Source: Klebsiella phage EI. Taken from it: a stretch of DNA of 64,000 nt. Numbering within the stretch: the first letter of the stretch is position 1; each line of letters opens with the position of its first letter. Position numbers and translations under genes: made by a program. The notes under the pieces were generated by a model. That model saw only the letters and a list, made by a program, of their open reading frames with translations, did no database searches and was not told the origin of the DNA. Below, piece after piece: positions 40,976-50,362 of the stretch. The stretch lies in sequence record MN106245.1, one strand, 5' to 3'.

Positions 40976-42247
40976 ATGGCTAAAATTAACGAACTTCTGC
41001 GCGAATCAACTGTAACGAATAGCATCCAATATGGTCGCCCGAATCTCGTTGCATTGACCCGCGCTACTACTAAATTGGTTTACACTGACATCGTCGCCGA
41101 ACAACGTACTACTCAGCCTGTTGCTGCTCTGTATGGTGTTAAATACGAAACCCCAGACGATGAACTCTCTTTTAAAACAGGTGCTACTTACGGCGGTGCT
41201 GCTTCTGCATCTGACCGGGATAGTATAGAAGAAATTACTTCTGCAACACACTCTGTGACGGCAGGGACACTTTATAAGTATAACAATGTGGTTTATAAGG
41301 CCTTAGAATCGGGTGCTCTAAACGGCGCTACTATTGACGAAGCTCTGTCTGAAGCCCTTATCACTTTAAAGCTTCGTTTTTATTCTGAGGCAGCTGAAAC
41401 GGTTAAATTTGAATCTAATAATGTAGAAATTAGTTCTGCTAATTTCACTGTTAACAAATGGAACGCTCGAGTTAAAACCCGTAAGCTGAAAACTTCTCTG
41501 ACTGTTGAACTGGCCCAGGATCTAGAAGCTAACGGCTTTGATGCTAACATGTTTCTTGAAGATCTTCTTGCAACAACAATGGCCGATGAAATCAATAAGG
41601 ACGTTCTTCAATCCTTGATTACAGTTTCTAAACGTTATAAAGTTGCAGGCGTTTCTGACGACGGATCTGTTGATTTATCTTACTCAAGCGCCCCTGAAGC
41701 GGCCCGTAAACTTTACCAATTAGTTTGCGAAATGAACAGCCATATTCAAAGTAAAACTTCTTATTCTGGAACCTATGTCGTTGCTAGTGCTCGTGCTGCT
41801 GCTGTTCTGGCTGGGTCCGGATGGCTGAAACACCGCCCTGAAGATGACGAATACCTTGCAGAATCTGCGTACGGGTTCCTGGCTAACGGTCTTCCGGTAT
41901 TTGTTGATGTTAATAGCCCATTAGATTATGTCACTGTAGGTGTTAAAGAATCCTTCGGCGGTAGTGAAGTTATTGGATCTTTGTTCTATGCACCTTATAC
42001 TGAAGGTCTTGATCTTGATAATGACGAACATGTCGGCACCTTTAAGGTAGTTGTCGACCCTGATTCTTTACAGCCTACTATTTCGTTGATGGTTCGGTAC
42101 GCGTTGTCTGCTAATCCATATACCGTTGCTAAAGATGAAAAAGAAGCTCGAGATATTGATGCAACCAATATGGATAAGATGGCAGGTCAAAGCGACATGT
42201 CGGTCCTTCTGGGTGTTAAACTCCCTGCTATTTTAAGTGAGCCATAA
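40976..42247 (+). CDS. 24: gp24 head vertex protein, copy 1 (the copy closer to T4 gp24)
   Basis: 423 aa; N-terminus MAKINELLRESTVTNSIQYGRPNLVALTRATTKL nearly identical to T4 gp24. Confidence 0.85.
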   Translation: MAKINELLRESTVTNSIQYGRPNLVALTRATTKLVYTDIVAEQRTTQPVAALYGVKYETPDDELSFKTGATYGGAASASDRDSIEEITSATHSVTAGTLYKYNNVVYKALESGALNGATIDEALSEALITLKLRFYSEAAETVKFESNNVEISSANFTVNKWNARVKTRKLKTSLTVELAQDLEANGFDANMFLEDLLATTMADEINKDVLQSLITVSKRYKVAGVSDDGSVDLSYSSAPEAARKLYQLVCEMNSHIQSKTSYSGTYVVASARAAAVLAGSGWLKHRPEDDEYLAESAYGFLANGLPVFVDVNSPLDYVTVGVKESFGGSEVIGSLFYAPYTEGLDLDNDEHVGTFKVVVDPDSLQPTISLMVRYALSANPYTVAKDEKEARDIDATNMDKMAGQSDMSVLLGVKLPAILSEP

Positions 42248-43515
42248 TGAAAATAGATCGATTAATTCAAGAAAGTACTTTAACCTCTTCTAATCAGGCC
42301 GGGAGGCCTGATTTACTTTCGTACACCAAAGCAACTAATAAAAGAATCTTTAAGGCCCTCGTAGCAGAACAACGCACTCGTCAACCTGTTGCCGCTTTAT
42401 ATGGTATCAGAGTTCTGAACCCTGAAGATAATATGACTTATGTAGGCGGTGCTACATTCGGTGGTCTTATGGGCCCTGAATCCAGAGCCAATACTCCAGA
42501 ATTCGTCGGCCAGGCACCGTATAATAAAGGTGACTTATTCAAACACGAATCTGTCATCTTTAAAGCTCTTGAAGATAATCCTTTTGCTGGATCTACTGAA
42601 ACCAGTCATGACGAGCTTATTTCTGAAGCTATTGCGGCCGGAACTATCCGCATGGTTTCTGATGCCGCTCCAACTGCACAGTTTGAAGCTGGTCACCCTG
42701 AAATAGCTGAAGCCGGGTTCCGTGTCGATAAATGGCAAACTACGGTTAAATCCCGCAAACTTAAAACTTCTGTTACTGTTGAATTAGCCCAAGATCTAGA
42801 AGCTAATGGATTCGATGCCCCTGATTTCTTAGACGATATGCTAGGTATCCAGATGGCTGAAGAAGTAAACAAAGACATTCTTCAATCGTTGGTTACAGTT
42901 TCTAGTAGGTTTAAAGTTCACGGTGTGTCATCTAAAGGGGTTTTAGACCTTACAGATCCTAAATATGATAACGCCCAGGATCGTGCACGTACGCTGTATT
43001 ACTACATGTGCGAGATGAATTCTGCCGTCCAACGCAATACTTCGTTCGCTGGGACATATGCCGCAGCTAGTTCTCGCTGTGCGGCTATTTTAGCTGCTTC
43101 AGGCTGGGTTGAAAAGCGAGATGACGGTGATGAGTTAGCCTACGGCTATCTGAAGAATGGTCTGCCTCTTTACGCGGATATGAATACGCCGGCAGAATAT
43201 GTTATTGTTGGTGTTAATGCAGATATGGGTGAAGGCCAGACGGTGGCATCATTATATTATGCGCCTTATACTGAAGGTATGGATGTAGAAGATGATATTG
43301 ATCAAATGGGCGAATTCAAGATAGTTGTCGACCCTGATTCTTTACAGCCTACTATTTCTTTACTCGCACGGTATGCTTTGTCTGCTAATCCGTACACTGT
43401 TGCTAAAGATGAAAAAGAAGCTCGAATCATCGATGGTTCTGATATGGATAAGATGGCTGGTCAGAGTCTATTAAGTTCTTACCTCGGCGTTAAGTTACCA
43501 CCGCTCGAGAAATAA
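42247..43515 (+). CDS. gp24 head vertex protein, copy 2 (divergent tandem paralog)
   Basis: 422 aa; ~55-60% identical to copy 1 by eye; shared C-terminal block DPDSLQPTISL..RYALSANPYTVAKDEKEAR. Confidence 0.8.
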   Translation: MKIDRLIQESTLTSSNQAGRPDLLSYTKATNKRIFKALVAEQRTRQPVAALYGIRVLNPEDNMTYVGGATFGGLMGPESRANTPEFVGQAPYNKGDLFKHESVIFKALEDNPFAGSTETSHDELISEAIAAGTIRMVSDAAPTAQFEAGHPEIAEAGFRVDKWQTTVKSRKLKTSVTVELAQDLEANGFDAPDFLDDMLGIQMAEEVNKDILQSLVTVSSRFKVHGVSSKGVLDLTDPKYDNAQDRARTLYYYMCEMNSAVQRNTSFAGTYAAASSRCAAILAASGWVEKRDDGDELAYGYLKNGLPLYADMNTPAEYVIVGVNADMGEGQTVASLYYAPYTEGMDVEDDIDQMGEFKIVVDPDSLQPTISLLARYALSANPYTVAKDEKEARIIDGSDMDKMAGQSLLSSYLGVKLPPLEK

Positions 43516-43519
43516 AAAT

Positions 43520-43537
43520 GGGAGCCATAAGGCTCCC
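43520..43537. terminator. hairpin GGGAGCCATAAGGCTCCC, bidirectional between 24 copy 2 (+) and the DprA-like gene (-)
   Basis: perfect stem. Confidence 0.5.
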
Positions 43538-44083
43538 TTATAAATTAAAAATATCAAACTTTGGCCTATATTTGTCTTCGAATTTTTTAAATACTTCTGA
43601 ATTGTTCAGATTAATACATTTAATACCATACTTTTTAGCTATATCAACTGCAACTCTAGTTCCGCCTTGAACTCTGCCATTTCTAACCGGGGCCCAGTAT
43701 AAAACTAAATCCACAGGGTTTTGACATGATAATCCAAAAACTTGACATGCATTACGAGCAAACAACTTTCTAACTATATCTGAGCAATTTTCCCAGTACG
43801 AGGTAACTGATTGGGCTATTCTATAACTAGCTGTTTGAACGTCCACTGGTAAGTTTTCAAAACTTACAACCCCTAAGCCAACAAAATGGCCACAGAACCC
43901 GTTGTAAGGTATTATCCTCAGAGATTTAGACCTATCATATTTTGCCAGCCAAGCTTCATCTGAACCAGGCGCTCCGCCACTATAAGCTAAATATCCTTTA
44001 TTTGAAAAGTTTTCACCTATAGATGTCATCAAATCAAGAACTTTGCGGGGCGCCTTTCGAGAACCAATCAGCGCCACTCTCAT
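43538..44083 (-). CDS. DprA/Smf-like Rossmann-fold (SLOG superfamily) protein
   Basis: 181 aa; ALIGSRKAPRKVLDLM...AYSGGAPGSDEAW matches the DprA core pattern (GSR..p..g...SGlArGiD.aaH). Confidence 0.5.
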   Translation of the reverse strand: MRVALIGSRKAPRKVLDLMTSIGENFSNKGYLAYSGGAPGSDEAWLAKYDRSKSLRIIPYNGFCGHFVGLGVVSFENLPVDVQTASYRIAQSVTSYWENCSDIVRKLFARNACQVFGLSCQNPVDLVLYWAPVRNGRVQGGTRVAVDIAKKYGIKCINLNNSEVFKKFEDKYRPKFDIFNL

Positions 44084-45081
44084 TAATTACTTACCAATTC
44101 AAACCACGCCGGACGAAGCACGTCTTGTATCAGCTTAGTAATTTCTTTCTTCACGATATCAGGCTGTTCTGCTTGAATGACTTCAAGACCTTCTCGTTCA
44201 GCTTCAATAAGGATATCTTGAACTGTTAAGCCCATAACCTTTCCAAAGTCTTTAGGACCAACCTTACCGATCTTACTAATAACGTTGTTCACACGCTGAA
44301 TAGTAACGTATTCAGAGAATTTCTGCAGAACGTCTTGGTCAATTTCACTCAGAACAGCTTTAGGCTTAATAGGCTTATCAGATTTAGCTTTTTCGCTGAA
44401 CTTAGAGTTCTTACACTTGATAGCCACACGACTGCCGTTAGCCAGGAACCGTGGATAATTAGGTTTCAGTACATAGCCTTCAGCCGTATTATCGGTGGCT
44501 TCTTCAGCCGGCCAGATGCGGGTATTAGCATTTCTGAGGTCTACTTCTGCGGCTTCGTTGTAACGATTAACGTTAATCTGGAACTCATTAGGCAGTTTAA
44601 TCAGTTCATCAAATGAACCACGACCCATCAGAGGTGCAACCTTGAAACCAAAGGTGCAACACATCTGTTCCATCATAAAATCATCTACAAATTGATGAGT
44701 ACCTTTATCGGTTTTAACCAAGATATCAAAGACATAGAAATCTTTCTCGCCGTAATCAACACCTTTCTGGATACCGCCACCAGCGAATTCACCGAAGATC
44801 TGCATACTAGAGCCTTCTTTAATTGTATTTTGTACGGCTTTAATAGAGTCGTTATATTTCTTTAAAATAACAGTGTACCCAAAGAAGTCTTCAGCTGGAA
44901 GAATAGGACCTGTGCGCTTCGCGCATGTGACTGCATCACGTTCAATGATAATAGAAAAGTTGGTACCATGAATCTTTTCACGTGCACACCAGCCTTCAGT
45001 TACATCATAGCCGTGGTGTCGAATCTTTTCAATAAATTTATTATTGTAGTGGTTCTCAAGACTAGAATATTTCTCAAACAC
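44083..45081 (-). CDS. rnlB: RNA ligase 2
   Basis: 332 aa; N-terminus [19 protein letters not shown] and the KIHGTN ligase motif I closely match T4 Rnl2. Confidence 0.9.
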   Translation of the reverse strand: MFEKYSSLENHYNNKFIEKIRHHGYDVTEGWCAREKIHGTNFSIIIERDAVTCAKRTGPILPAEDFFGYTVILKKYNDSIKAVQNTIKEGSSMQIFGEFAGGGIQKGVDYGEKDFYVFDILVKTDKGTHQFVDDFMMEQMCCTFGFKVAPLMGRGSFDELIKLPNEFQINVNRYNEAAEVDLRNANTRIWPAEEATDNTAEGYVLKPNYPRFLANGSRVAIKCKNSKFSEKAKSDKPIKPKAVLSEIDQDVLQKFSEYVTIQRVNNVISKIGKVGPKDFGKVMGLTVQDILIEAEREGLEVIQAEQPDIVKKEITKLIQDVLRPAWFELVSN

Positions 45082-45322
45082 ATTTCACCTCTAAATATCA
45101 GAACAAACATAATTAAAAGAGTAAAGACTTCTACCGCCAGTACTCTTAGCTTAAACCCATTATACCGAATATATCACAAAAATTTTTAAAGCATATTAGA
45201 ATGTAATTTCTACCCAGTCACCGTCTCGTTGATCATGCTTCCAATTAACTACCACACCATCGTCTTGCATCCATTTAATCAGCTGGTCTTTATATTTCTT
45301 TGCCATTGAGGATGGATACCAA

Positions 45323-45559
45323 TTAAACTTGGCGTTTGCCTTTCAGAGCATGAGTTTTAAATTCCAGTTCAACTTCGTCTTTGGCTTTTTTCAATTCAGT
45401 AGTAGCGACAGAGTCCGCCAGGGCACCATAGTGTTCTACTAATGTAGAAACACGTGGCTCGTTAACGAGTGCCTTCAGGCCGCCAATAGGTTGCCCTGAT
45501 TCGTCCCATCCTTGAATACGTCGAGATTTTAGATCCGGTTGAAATGCAGAATCATGCAT
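45323..45559 (-). CDS. hypothetical small protein
   Basis: ORF track. Confidence 0.4.
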   Translation of the reverse strand: MHDSAFQPDLKSRRIQGWDESGQPIGGLKALVNEPRVSTLVEHYGALADSVATTELKKAKDEVELEFKTHALKGKRQV

Positions 45560-45782
45560 TATAACACCTCATTTTTTCAACTAATTTAGTATGGTCTGTA
45601 ATAAGCCGTTTACGATAAATTACTCTTTCTCGAGCCTTGGCTCGCTCTCTGGCTTTTTCGACTTTTATCCATTCCTGCATAGCTTCTTTAGCACTGATAC
45701 CAAACTGTTTAGCGATATCAATAAAACTAGTACCAGTTTCATGCATCATATGAATCTTTAATGCTTGCATGGTTAGCTCCAC
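45552..45782 (-). CDS. small helix-turn-helix DNA-binding protein
   Basis: TSFIDIAKQFGISAKEA looks like a helix-turn-helix. Confidence 0.45.
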   Translation of the reverse strand: MELTMQALKIHMMHETGTSFIDIAKQFGISAKEAMQEWIKVEKARERAKARERVIYRKRLITDHTKLVEKMRCYNA

Positions 45783-45889
45783 TTAGTGATGTTGAGGTTA
45801 TTAAATCATAAAAATTTTAAAGCTAACTCTGGAGCCTTTAGATGCCAATGTGGGGCCGAAGCCCCACTATCAATAGATATAGTCGTAGA

Positions 45890-46696
45890 TTATTCCAACA
45901 TCAAGAGCGGACCGGTGAACAAAACACGTCCATTTCTAGATTCTTGGACATCGACTTCAGGGTACTCTTCTAGCATTTTAGCCAGAGTATACCGATGCAG
46001 GTAATAATCACTGTCAGGGTCGTCGAGTTTCCAATCTTTGCCCTCAACAGTCATTCGCTGGATTTCATCCATTACCCACCATCCACACCGGATATAGGCT
46101 GTTCCACGGAACGGTAGAGGATGAATATATGGAAGTTCTCCGTCTGGCTCAGGGGCTACTCTTTTAGTAAAAGCAACAGCAATACCTTTAGTCGCGGTTC
46201 CATTATTATAATCCGGCGCAGAAACCTTTACTTCACAATTAAGTGTGTAGCTAGTTTCCGCTGATTCAGTTAAGGTAATTGTTTTACCTGTTTGGCCTGC
46301 AATAACAGTAGTACCACGTTTCCACACGTAAGCAATGCTTGCTCCAGCCGGCGCCCCGCTAACATCCGCTGTAACTACTTGAGATTGGCCAATTTCTTTA
46401 GAAACTGAAGTTGGGCTCAAAGTTAAAGTAATAGCAGGCATGGTTTTGTTCTTAACCGTCAGAGTAGTTTCTGCTTCGGCCGTTTCAGGATCGCCTTCAG
46501 CCGGAGTGACGGTAGCAACTACTTTAATAGTCTTACTACCTGCAGGTCCTGCAGCAACATACTTCATAGCTGCAGTAACAGAAGATTGCTTTACACCATT
46601 TACAGTCCACACAAATGATTCTGTACCTTCGACAGCAGCACCAGACGTGGTTGCAGTAAAATTAGTTGTGGCCCCAATGACTGCTGAAGCAGCCAA
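45890..46696 (-). CDS. hoc: Hoc, outer capsid Ig-like decoration protein; shorter than T4 Hoc and start codon uncertain
   Basis: C-terminal capsid-binding block APEPDGELPYIHPLPFRGTAYIRCGWWVMDEIQRMTVEGKDWKLDDPDSDYYLHRYTL close to T4 Hoc; ~270 aa versus 376. Confidence 0.8.
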   Translation of the reverse strand: MAASAVIGATTNFTATTSGAAVEGTESFVWTVNGVKQSSVTAAMKYVAAGPAGSKTIKVVATVTPAEGDPETAEAETTLTVKNKTMPAITLTLSPTSVSKEIGQSQVVTADVSGAPAGASIAYVWKRGTTVIAGQTGKTITLTESAETSYTLNCEVKVSAPDYNNGTATKGIAVAFTKRVAPEPDGELPYIHPLPFRGTAYIRCGWWVMDEIQRMTVEGKDWKLDDPDSDYYLHRYTLAKMLEEYPEVDVQESRNGRVLFTGPLLMLE

Positions 46697-46733
46697 AGGA
46701 GCAATAGATACGCCTATAAGCCATAGTCGGTCC

Positions 46734-47453
46734 TTATTTTAAAGTTACAAACGAAGAATTACGGGTTTCACGAATCATAATAGATCCGTTTCTTTTGATG
46801 TAATAAATTAAACTAAACAGTGTCTGGTGTGCACTAGGGTGTGGGAAGCTGGTAGGTCTTGATTTCCAATCAGGCGTATCTTTAATCCACTTATAAATCC
46901 ACCACGGTAAAGTCACATACCCTGGATTTCGGCCCATCAGAATAAAATGAGGACTAAAGTTTTCTGGTAGTTCAAAAGTAGTTTCGTCAGCGATAATTTT
47001 AGATACGGCTTCTTCAAAGGTATTTTCAGAAAGCTTAGCCTTGGGTTCGGAGAATTCACCTATAGGCGCCTCAATATGAATAGCTTTTTCTTCAATAACT
47101 GATTGATCTTGAACGGGTTCTTTGATTTCGTGAATAGATACAGGAATTTCCGGAGAATCAAATAACAGTTTAGCTTCGGGCTTAGCTTCATCATCACCAA
47201 GTACAAAGTCGTTCTTGCCTTCAAGTTCATCATCAGCGGCAATAAGGTCACTGATACTCAGACCTTCGTTATCTTCTGGCATAGGCTCTTCGGCCATCTT
47301 TTTAAAAGCTGCTTCGATATCTAAGACCAGATTTTCAAAGCCTTTACTCTTTTTCAGTTGGATATTAAATCCTTCGGCATATTCAATAAGTTTGGATTTG
47401 GCTTCTTTTTTATTTTCAAGACCACGAAGGTCATCAATATATTGTTTATCCAT
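46734..47453 (-). CDS. inh: Inh, inhibitor of gp21 prohead protease
   Basis: N-terminus MDKQYIDDLRGLENKK and C-terminus LPENFSP...TLPWWIY.WI..PDWK.RP..FPH.SA..TLFSLIYYI.RNGS..IRETR match T4 Inh. Confidence 0.85.
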   Translation of the reverse strand: MDKQYIDDLRGLENKKEAKSKLIEYAEGFNIQLKKSKGFENLVLDIEAAFKKMAEEPMPEDNEGLSISDLIAADDELEGKNDFVLGDDEAKPEAKLLFDSPEIPVSIHEIKEPVQDQSVIEEKAIHIEAPIGEFSEPKAKLSENTFEEAVSKIIADETTFELPENFSPHFILMGRNPGYVTLPWWIYKWIKDTPDWKSRPTSFPHPSAHQTLFSLIYYIKRNGSIMIRETRNSSFVTLK

Positions 47454-47474
47454 AGTGTCTCTCTCTTTCTAGTG

Positions 47475-47482
47475 TATAAATA
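47475..47482 (+). promoter_or_regulatory. late promoter TATAAATA upstream of uvsW
   Basis: exact consensus. Confidence 0.5.
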
Positions 47483-47512
47483 TGTATGTATTTATAACTG
47501 AGGCTATACGCT

Positions 47513-49012
47513 GTGGACATCAAATTAAAATTTCATGATTTTAGTCACGTTCTGGTTGAATGCGATGAAGGCATCTTCTATGAACTAAGAGACTTTTTCT
47601 CCTTCGAAGCAGAAGGCTATAAGTTTAATCCAAAATTTCGTTATGGACAGTGGGACGGGCGTATTCGTCTATTAGGTTATGACAGATTACTCCCCTTTGG
47701 ACTGGTGAACCAGGTACAGAAATTCGCCAACAACATGGGATATAAAGTTCATGCCGACCCTATGATTTTTGAAAAAGAAGAAATCACTCAAGAATCTTTT
47801 GATAAATGGCTCGATTCTAAAGAAATCTATTCTGGATTGACTAAGATTACACCTCATTGGTACCAGAAAGAAGCCGTGTTTAAGGGTCTTAAAGAAAGAC
47901 GTGCTCTGTTGAATTTACCTACATCGGCAGGTAAATCATTGATTCAGGCGCTCCTGAGTCGTTATTACGTAGAGAACTACGAAGGTAAAATTCTGATAAT
48001 TGTTCCTACTACCGCCCTTGTCGACCAAATGATCGATGACTTCTGTGATTATCGCCTGTTCAAAAGAGACAATATGCTTGGTATCAGAAGTGGTACTAAG
48101 AAAGATTCTTCTGCAGTGGTTTATGTTAGTACTTGGCAGACTGCTATTAAACAACCTAAAGAATGGTTCAGCCAGTTTGGTCTTATGATGAATGATGAAT
48201 GCCATCTTGCGACAGGTAAATCTATCTCTACCATTATCGCCGGGTTAAATAACTGTATGTTCAAATTCGGACTTTCCGGTTCTTTGAAAGACGGCAAAGC
48301 TAATTTGATGCAGTACCAAGGTCTGTTTGGTGATATCTTTAAACCGGTATCAACTTCACAGTTGATGGAAGAAGGCGCTGTTACTGAACTTAAAATTAAC
48401 GCTATCAGACTTCGGTATCCAGATAACATTACTGTTGCTTTGAAAGGTAAAACTTACCAAGAAGAGATTAAATATATCACTTCAGTTAAACGCCGTAATA
48501 AATGGATTGCAAATCTGGCTGTTAAATTAGCTAATAAAAACCAAAACGCCTTCGTGATGTTCAAGAACATCAGCCATGGCAAAGAATTATTCCAGATGAT
48601 TAAAGACCTTGGACACGACAAAATATTCTATGTATCTGGTGAAATTGATACAGATACTCGTACTGCTCTTAAAAAGATTGCAGAAAACGAAGCCGGAATT
48701 ATTGTTGTCGCATCGTACGGCGTATTCTCTACCGGAATCAGTATTAAGAATCTACACCATGTTATTTTAGCGCACGGTGTTAAATCAAAGATTATCGTAC
48801 TTCAGACTATCGGTCGAGTACTTCGTAAGCATGGCTCTAAAGATGTAGCAACGGTTTGGGACATCATCGATGACTGCGGTGTTAAACCTAAATCTGCCAA
48901 TGCCAAAAAGACTTACACTCATATTAACTATTTGCTCAAACATGGCTTAGAACGTATCCAGCGTTATGCTGATGAGAAATTCGATTACGTCATGAAACTT
49001 GTCGAACTCTAA
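47513..49012 (+). CDS. uvsW: UvsW RNA-DNA / DNA helicase (GTG start)
   Basis: 499 aa; MDIKLKFHDFSHV...LNLPTSAGKS (Walker A)...DECH (DExH); near-collinear with T4 UvsW. Confidence 0.9.
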   Translation: MDIKLKFHDFSHVLVECDEGIFYELRDFFSFEAEGYKFNPKFRYGQWDGRIRLLGYDRLLPFGLVNQVQKFANNMGYKVHADPMIFEKEEITQESFDKWLDSKEIYSGLTKITPHWYQKEAVFKGLKERRALLNLPTSAGKSLIQALLSRYYVENYEGKILIIVPTTALVDQMIDDFCDYRLFKRDNMLGIRSGTKKDSSAVVYVSTWQTAIKQPKEWFSQFGLMMNDECHLATGKSISTIIAGLNNCMFKFGLSGSLKDGKANLMQYQGLFGDIFKPVSTSQLMEEGAVTELKINAIRLRYPDNITVALKGKTYQEEIKYITSVKRRNKWIANLAVKLANKNQNAFVMFKNISHGKELFQMIKDLGHDKIFYVSGEIDTDTRTALKKIAENEAGIIVVASYGVFSTGISIKNLHHVILAHGVKSKIIVLQTIGRVLRKHGSKDVATVWDIIDDCGVKPKSANAKKTYTHINYLLKHGLERIQRYADEKFDYVMKLVEL

Positions 49013-49021
49013 GGACCCACT

Positions 49022-49249
49022 ATGGACTTTAAACAATTTTTATACGAAGCCGCCATTGAAGATTTTATGTCTAAAGTAAACTCTTGCCGGACCCTTGATG
49101 GCCTTAATGAGTTGGAAAAATATTACAAGAAGCGTGTAAAAGAAGCTGATTTGAAAGATTCTGATGATATCACTATCCGTGATGCTTTGGCCGGTAAACG
49201 CGCAGAACTGGAATCAATAGATTCTGATGAGGAAGAAGAAAACTTCTAA
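49022..49249 (+). CDS. uvsW.1: UvsW.1
   Basis: 75 aa (T4 76); synteny. Confidence 0.7.
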   Translation: MDFKQFLYEAAIEDFMSKVNSCRTLDGLNELEKYYKKRVKEADLKDSDDITIRDALAGKRAELESIDSDEEEENF

Positions 49250-49310
49250 TCTCTAGATACAAAAAAGGCCCTCCATACGGAGAGCCAAGAATAACCAATA
49301 AGGTTACACA

Positions 49311-49475
49311 CTAGATTAAAAGCTGCACTTCGTTAAGTTGCTGTTCTGTATCCTCAGTAACTGGCATCTCAACTGCATGATTATAGCATTGACCGGGATG
49401 AACCGGACCTTTGTCTGATTGAACAACCAATACATCATCGATTGGAGTCTTACAGACGACACAAATACACGACAT
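49311..49475 (-). CDS. UvsY.-2-like small protein (54 aa, MSCICVVCKTPIDD..)
   Basis: my own translation; position downstream of uvsY as in T4. Confidence 0.4.
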   Translation of the reverse strand: MSCICVVCKTPIDDVLVVQSDKGPVHPGQCYNHAVEMPVTEDTEQQLNEVQLLI

Positions 49476-49505
49476 GGTTGTCTCCTCTGTTAATAAACTT
49501 ATTTA

Positions 49506-49925
49506 TTAAGCTTCACCTGCTTCGAATTTACGAAGATCAATAATTGCTTTTATTGCGAATCCTCGGGCTTTAATAGCATCCATAGCATCACTACAGAACT
49601 CAAGCAGAATACCCCAGTACTGAAGTTTGGTTTCAGTTCCTAAGATAGTTTCGTCGGCAGCCATTACAGTTTTTAGTTCAGACTTCTCATACGAATCCAT
49701 ACACACTTCTTCGCCAGGCTCTACACGTCCCGTGTAGTAATCAAGCCTTTTCTTCATAGCTTGTTTCTTCATGGCTTCAATACGGAGCATTTCTTTACGA
49801 CATATAGAGTGCTTACGTACCCACCGCCCGTAGACAACAGGATTATTGGCAGCTTCATACTGAAGTTTTGTCTGGTCAATAACTAAATCCCGGTCTAATT
49901 CATCTTGTAAATCTTCCAACTTCAT
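49506..49925 (-). CDS. uvsY: UvsY recombination mediator
   Basis: 139 aa; MKLEDLQDEL...TKLQYEAANN...LQYWGILLEFCS..LDAIK.RGFAIK close to T4 UvsY. Confidence 0.9.
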   Translation of the reverse strand: MKLEDLQDELDRDLVIDQTKLQYEAANNPVVYGRWVRKHSICRKEMLRIEAMKKQAMKKRLDYYTGRVEPGEEVCMDSYEKSELKTVMAADETILGTETKLQYWGILLEFCSDAMDAIKARGFAIKAIIDLRKFEAGEA

Positions 49926-49969
49926 TTAATCACCAATCTCAATTTAAAGGACCTAAACCATTATACACA

Positions 49970-50362
49970 CTATTGACGAGAAGCACGTAATTTGATCTTG
50001 ATGCGTTCTAAGACATCTGGGTCGTCGACGATAGAAAACATCACCGTAACGACTACAGCATTATCATCATATAGCGCCAAGACCTCAACACGTAGACGTT
50101 CTACCCGTGGCTCGTAGGTTTGGATGGCCGATACAATATTACGCTGGATAGTATCAGCAGTTAATGGGGTCATGTTTTCGAACAACTCATCCGAAAGGCT
50201 ACACCCAAAGTCTGGATTGAAAGGGCGACTGCCCTTTCTTGTGGTGATAATTCCTAAGATGCTGTTTTTTACTGCCCTTGCGCCTACAGTTCTTGCAACG
50301 TCTTTATCCCAGGCCATTCTAAGGTCCGGGTCTAAGTCAGAATACATGGTGTCTATATTCAT
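49970..50362 (-). CDS. 25: gp25 baseplate wedge subunit
   Basis: 130 aa; ILGIITTRKGSRPFNPDFGC..LFENMTPLTADT matches T4 gp25. Confidence 0.9.
   Translation of the reverse strand: MNIDTMYSDLDPDLRMAWDKDVARTVGARAVKNSILGIITTRKGSRPFNPDFGCSLSDELFENMTPLTADTIQRNIVSAIQTYEPRVERLRVEVLALYDDNAVVVTVMFSIVDDPDVLERIKIKLRASRQ

Noticed and set aside
39777-40976. 399-aa minus-strand ORF
   Set aside because: Lies fully antisense to gene 23 (major capsid). It is Ser/Thr/Phe-rich and of low complexity, as expected from reading the complement of a highly expressed gene; it has no promoter or RBS context.
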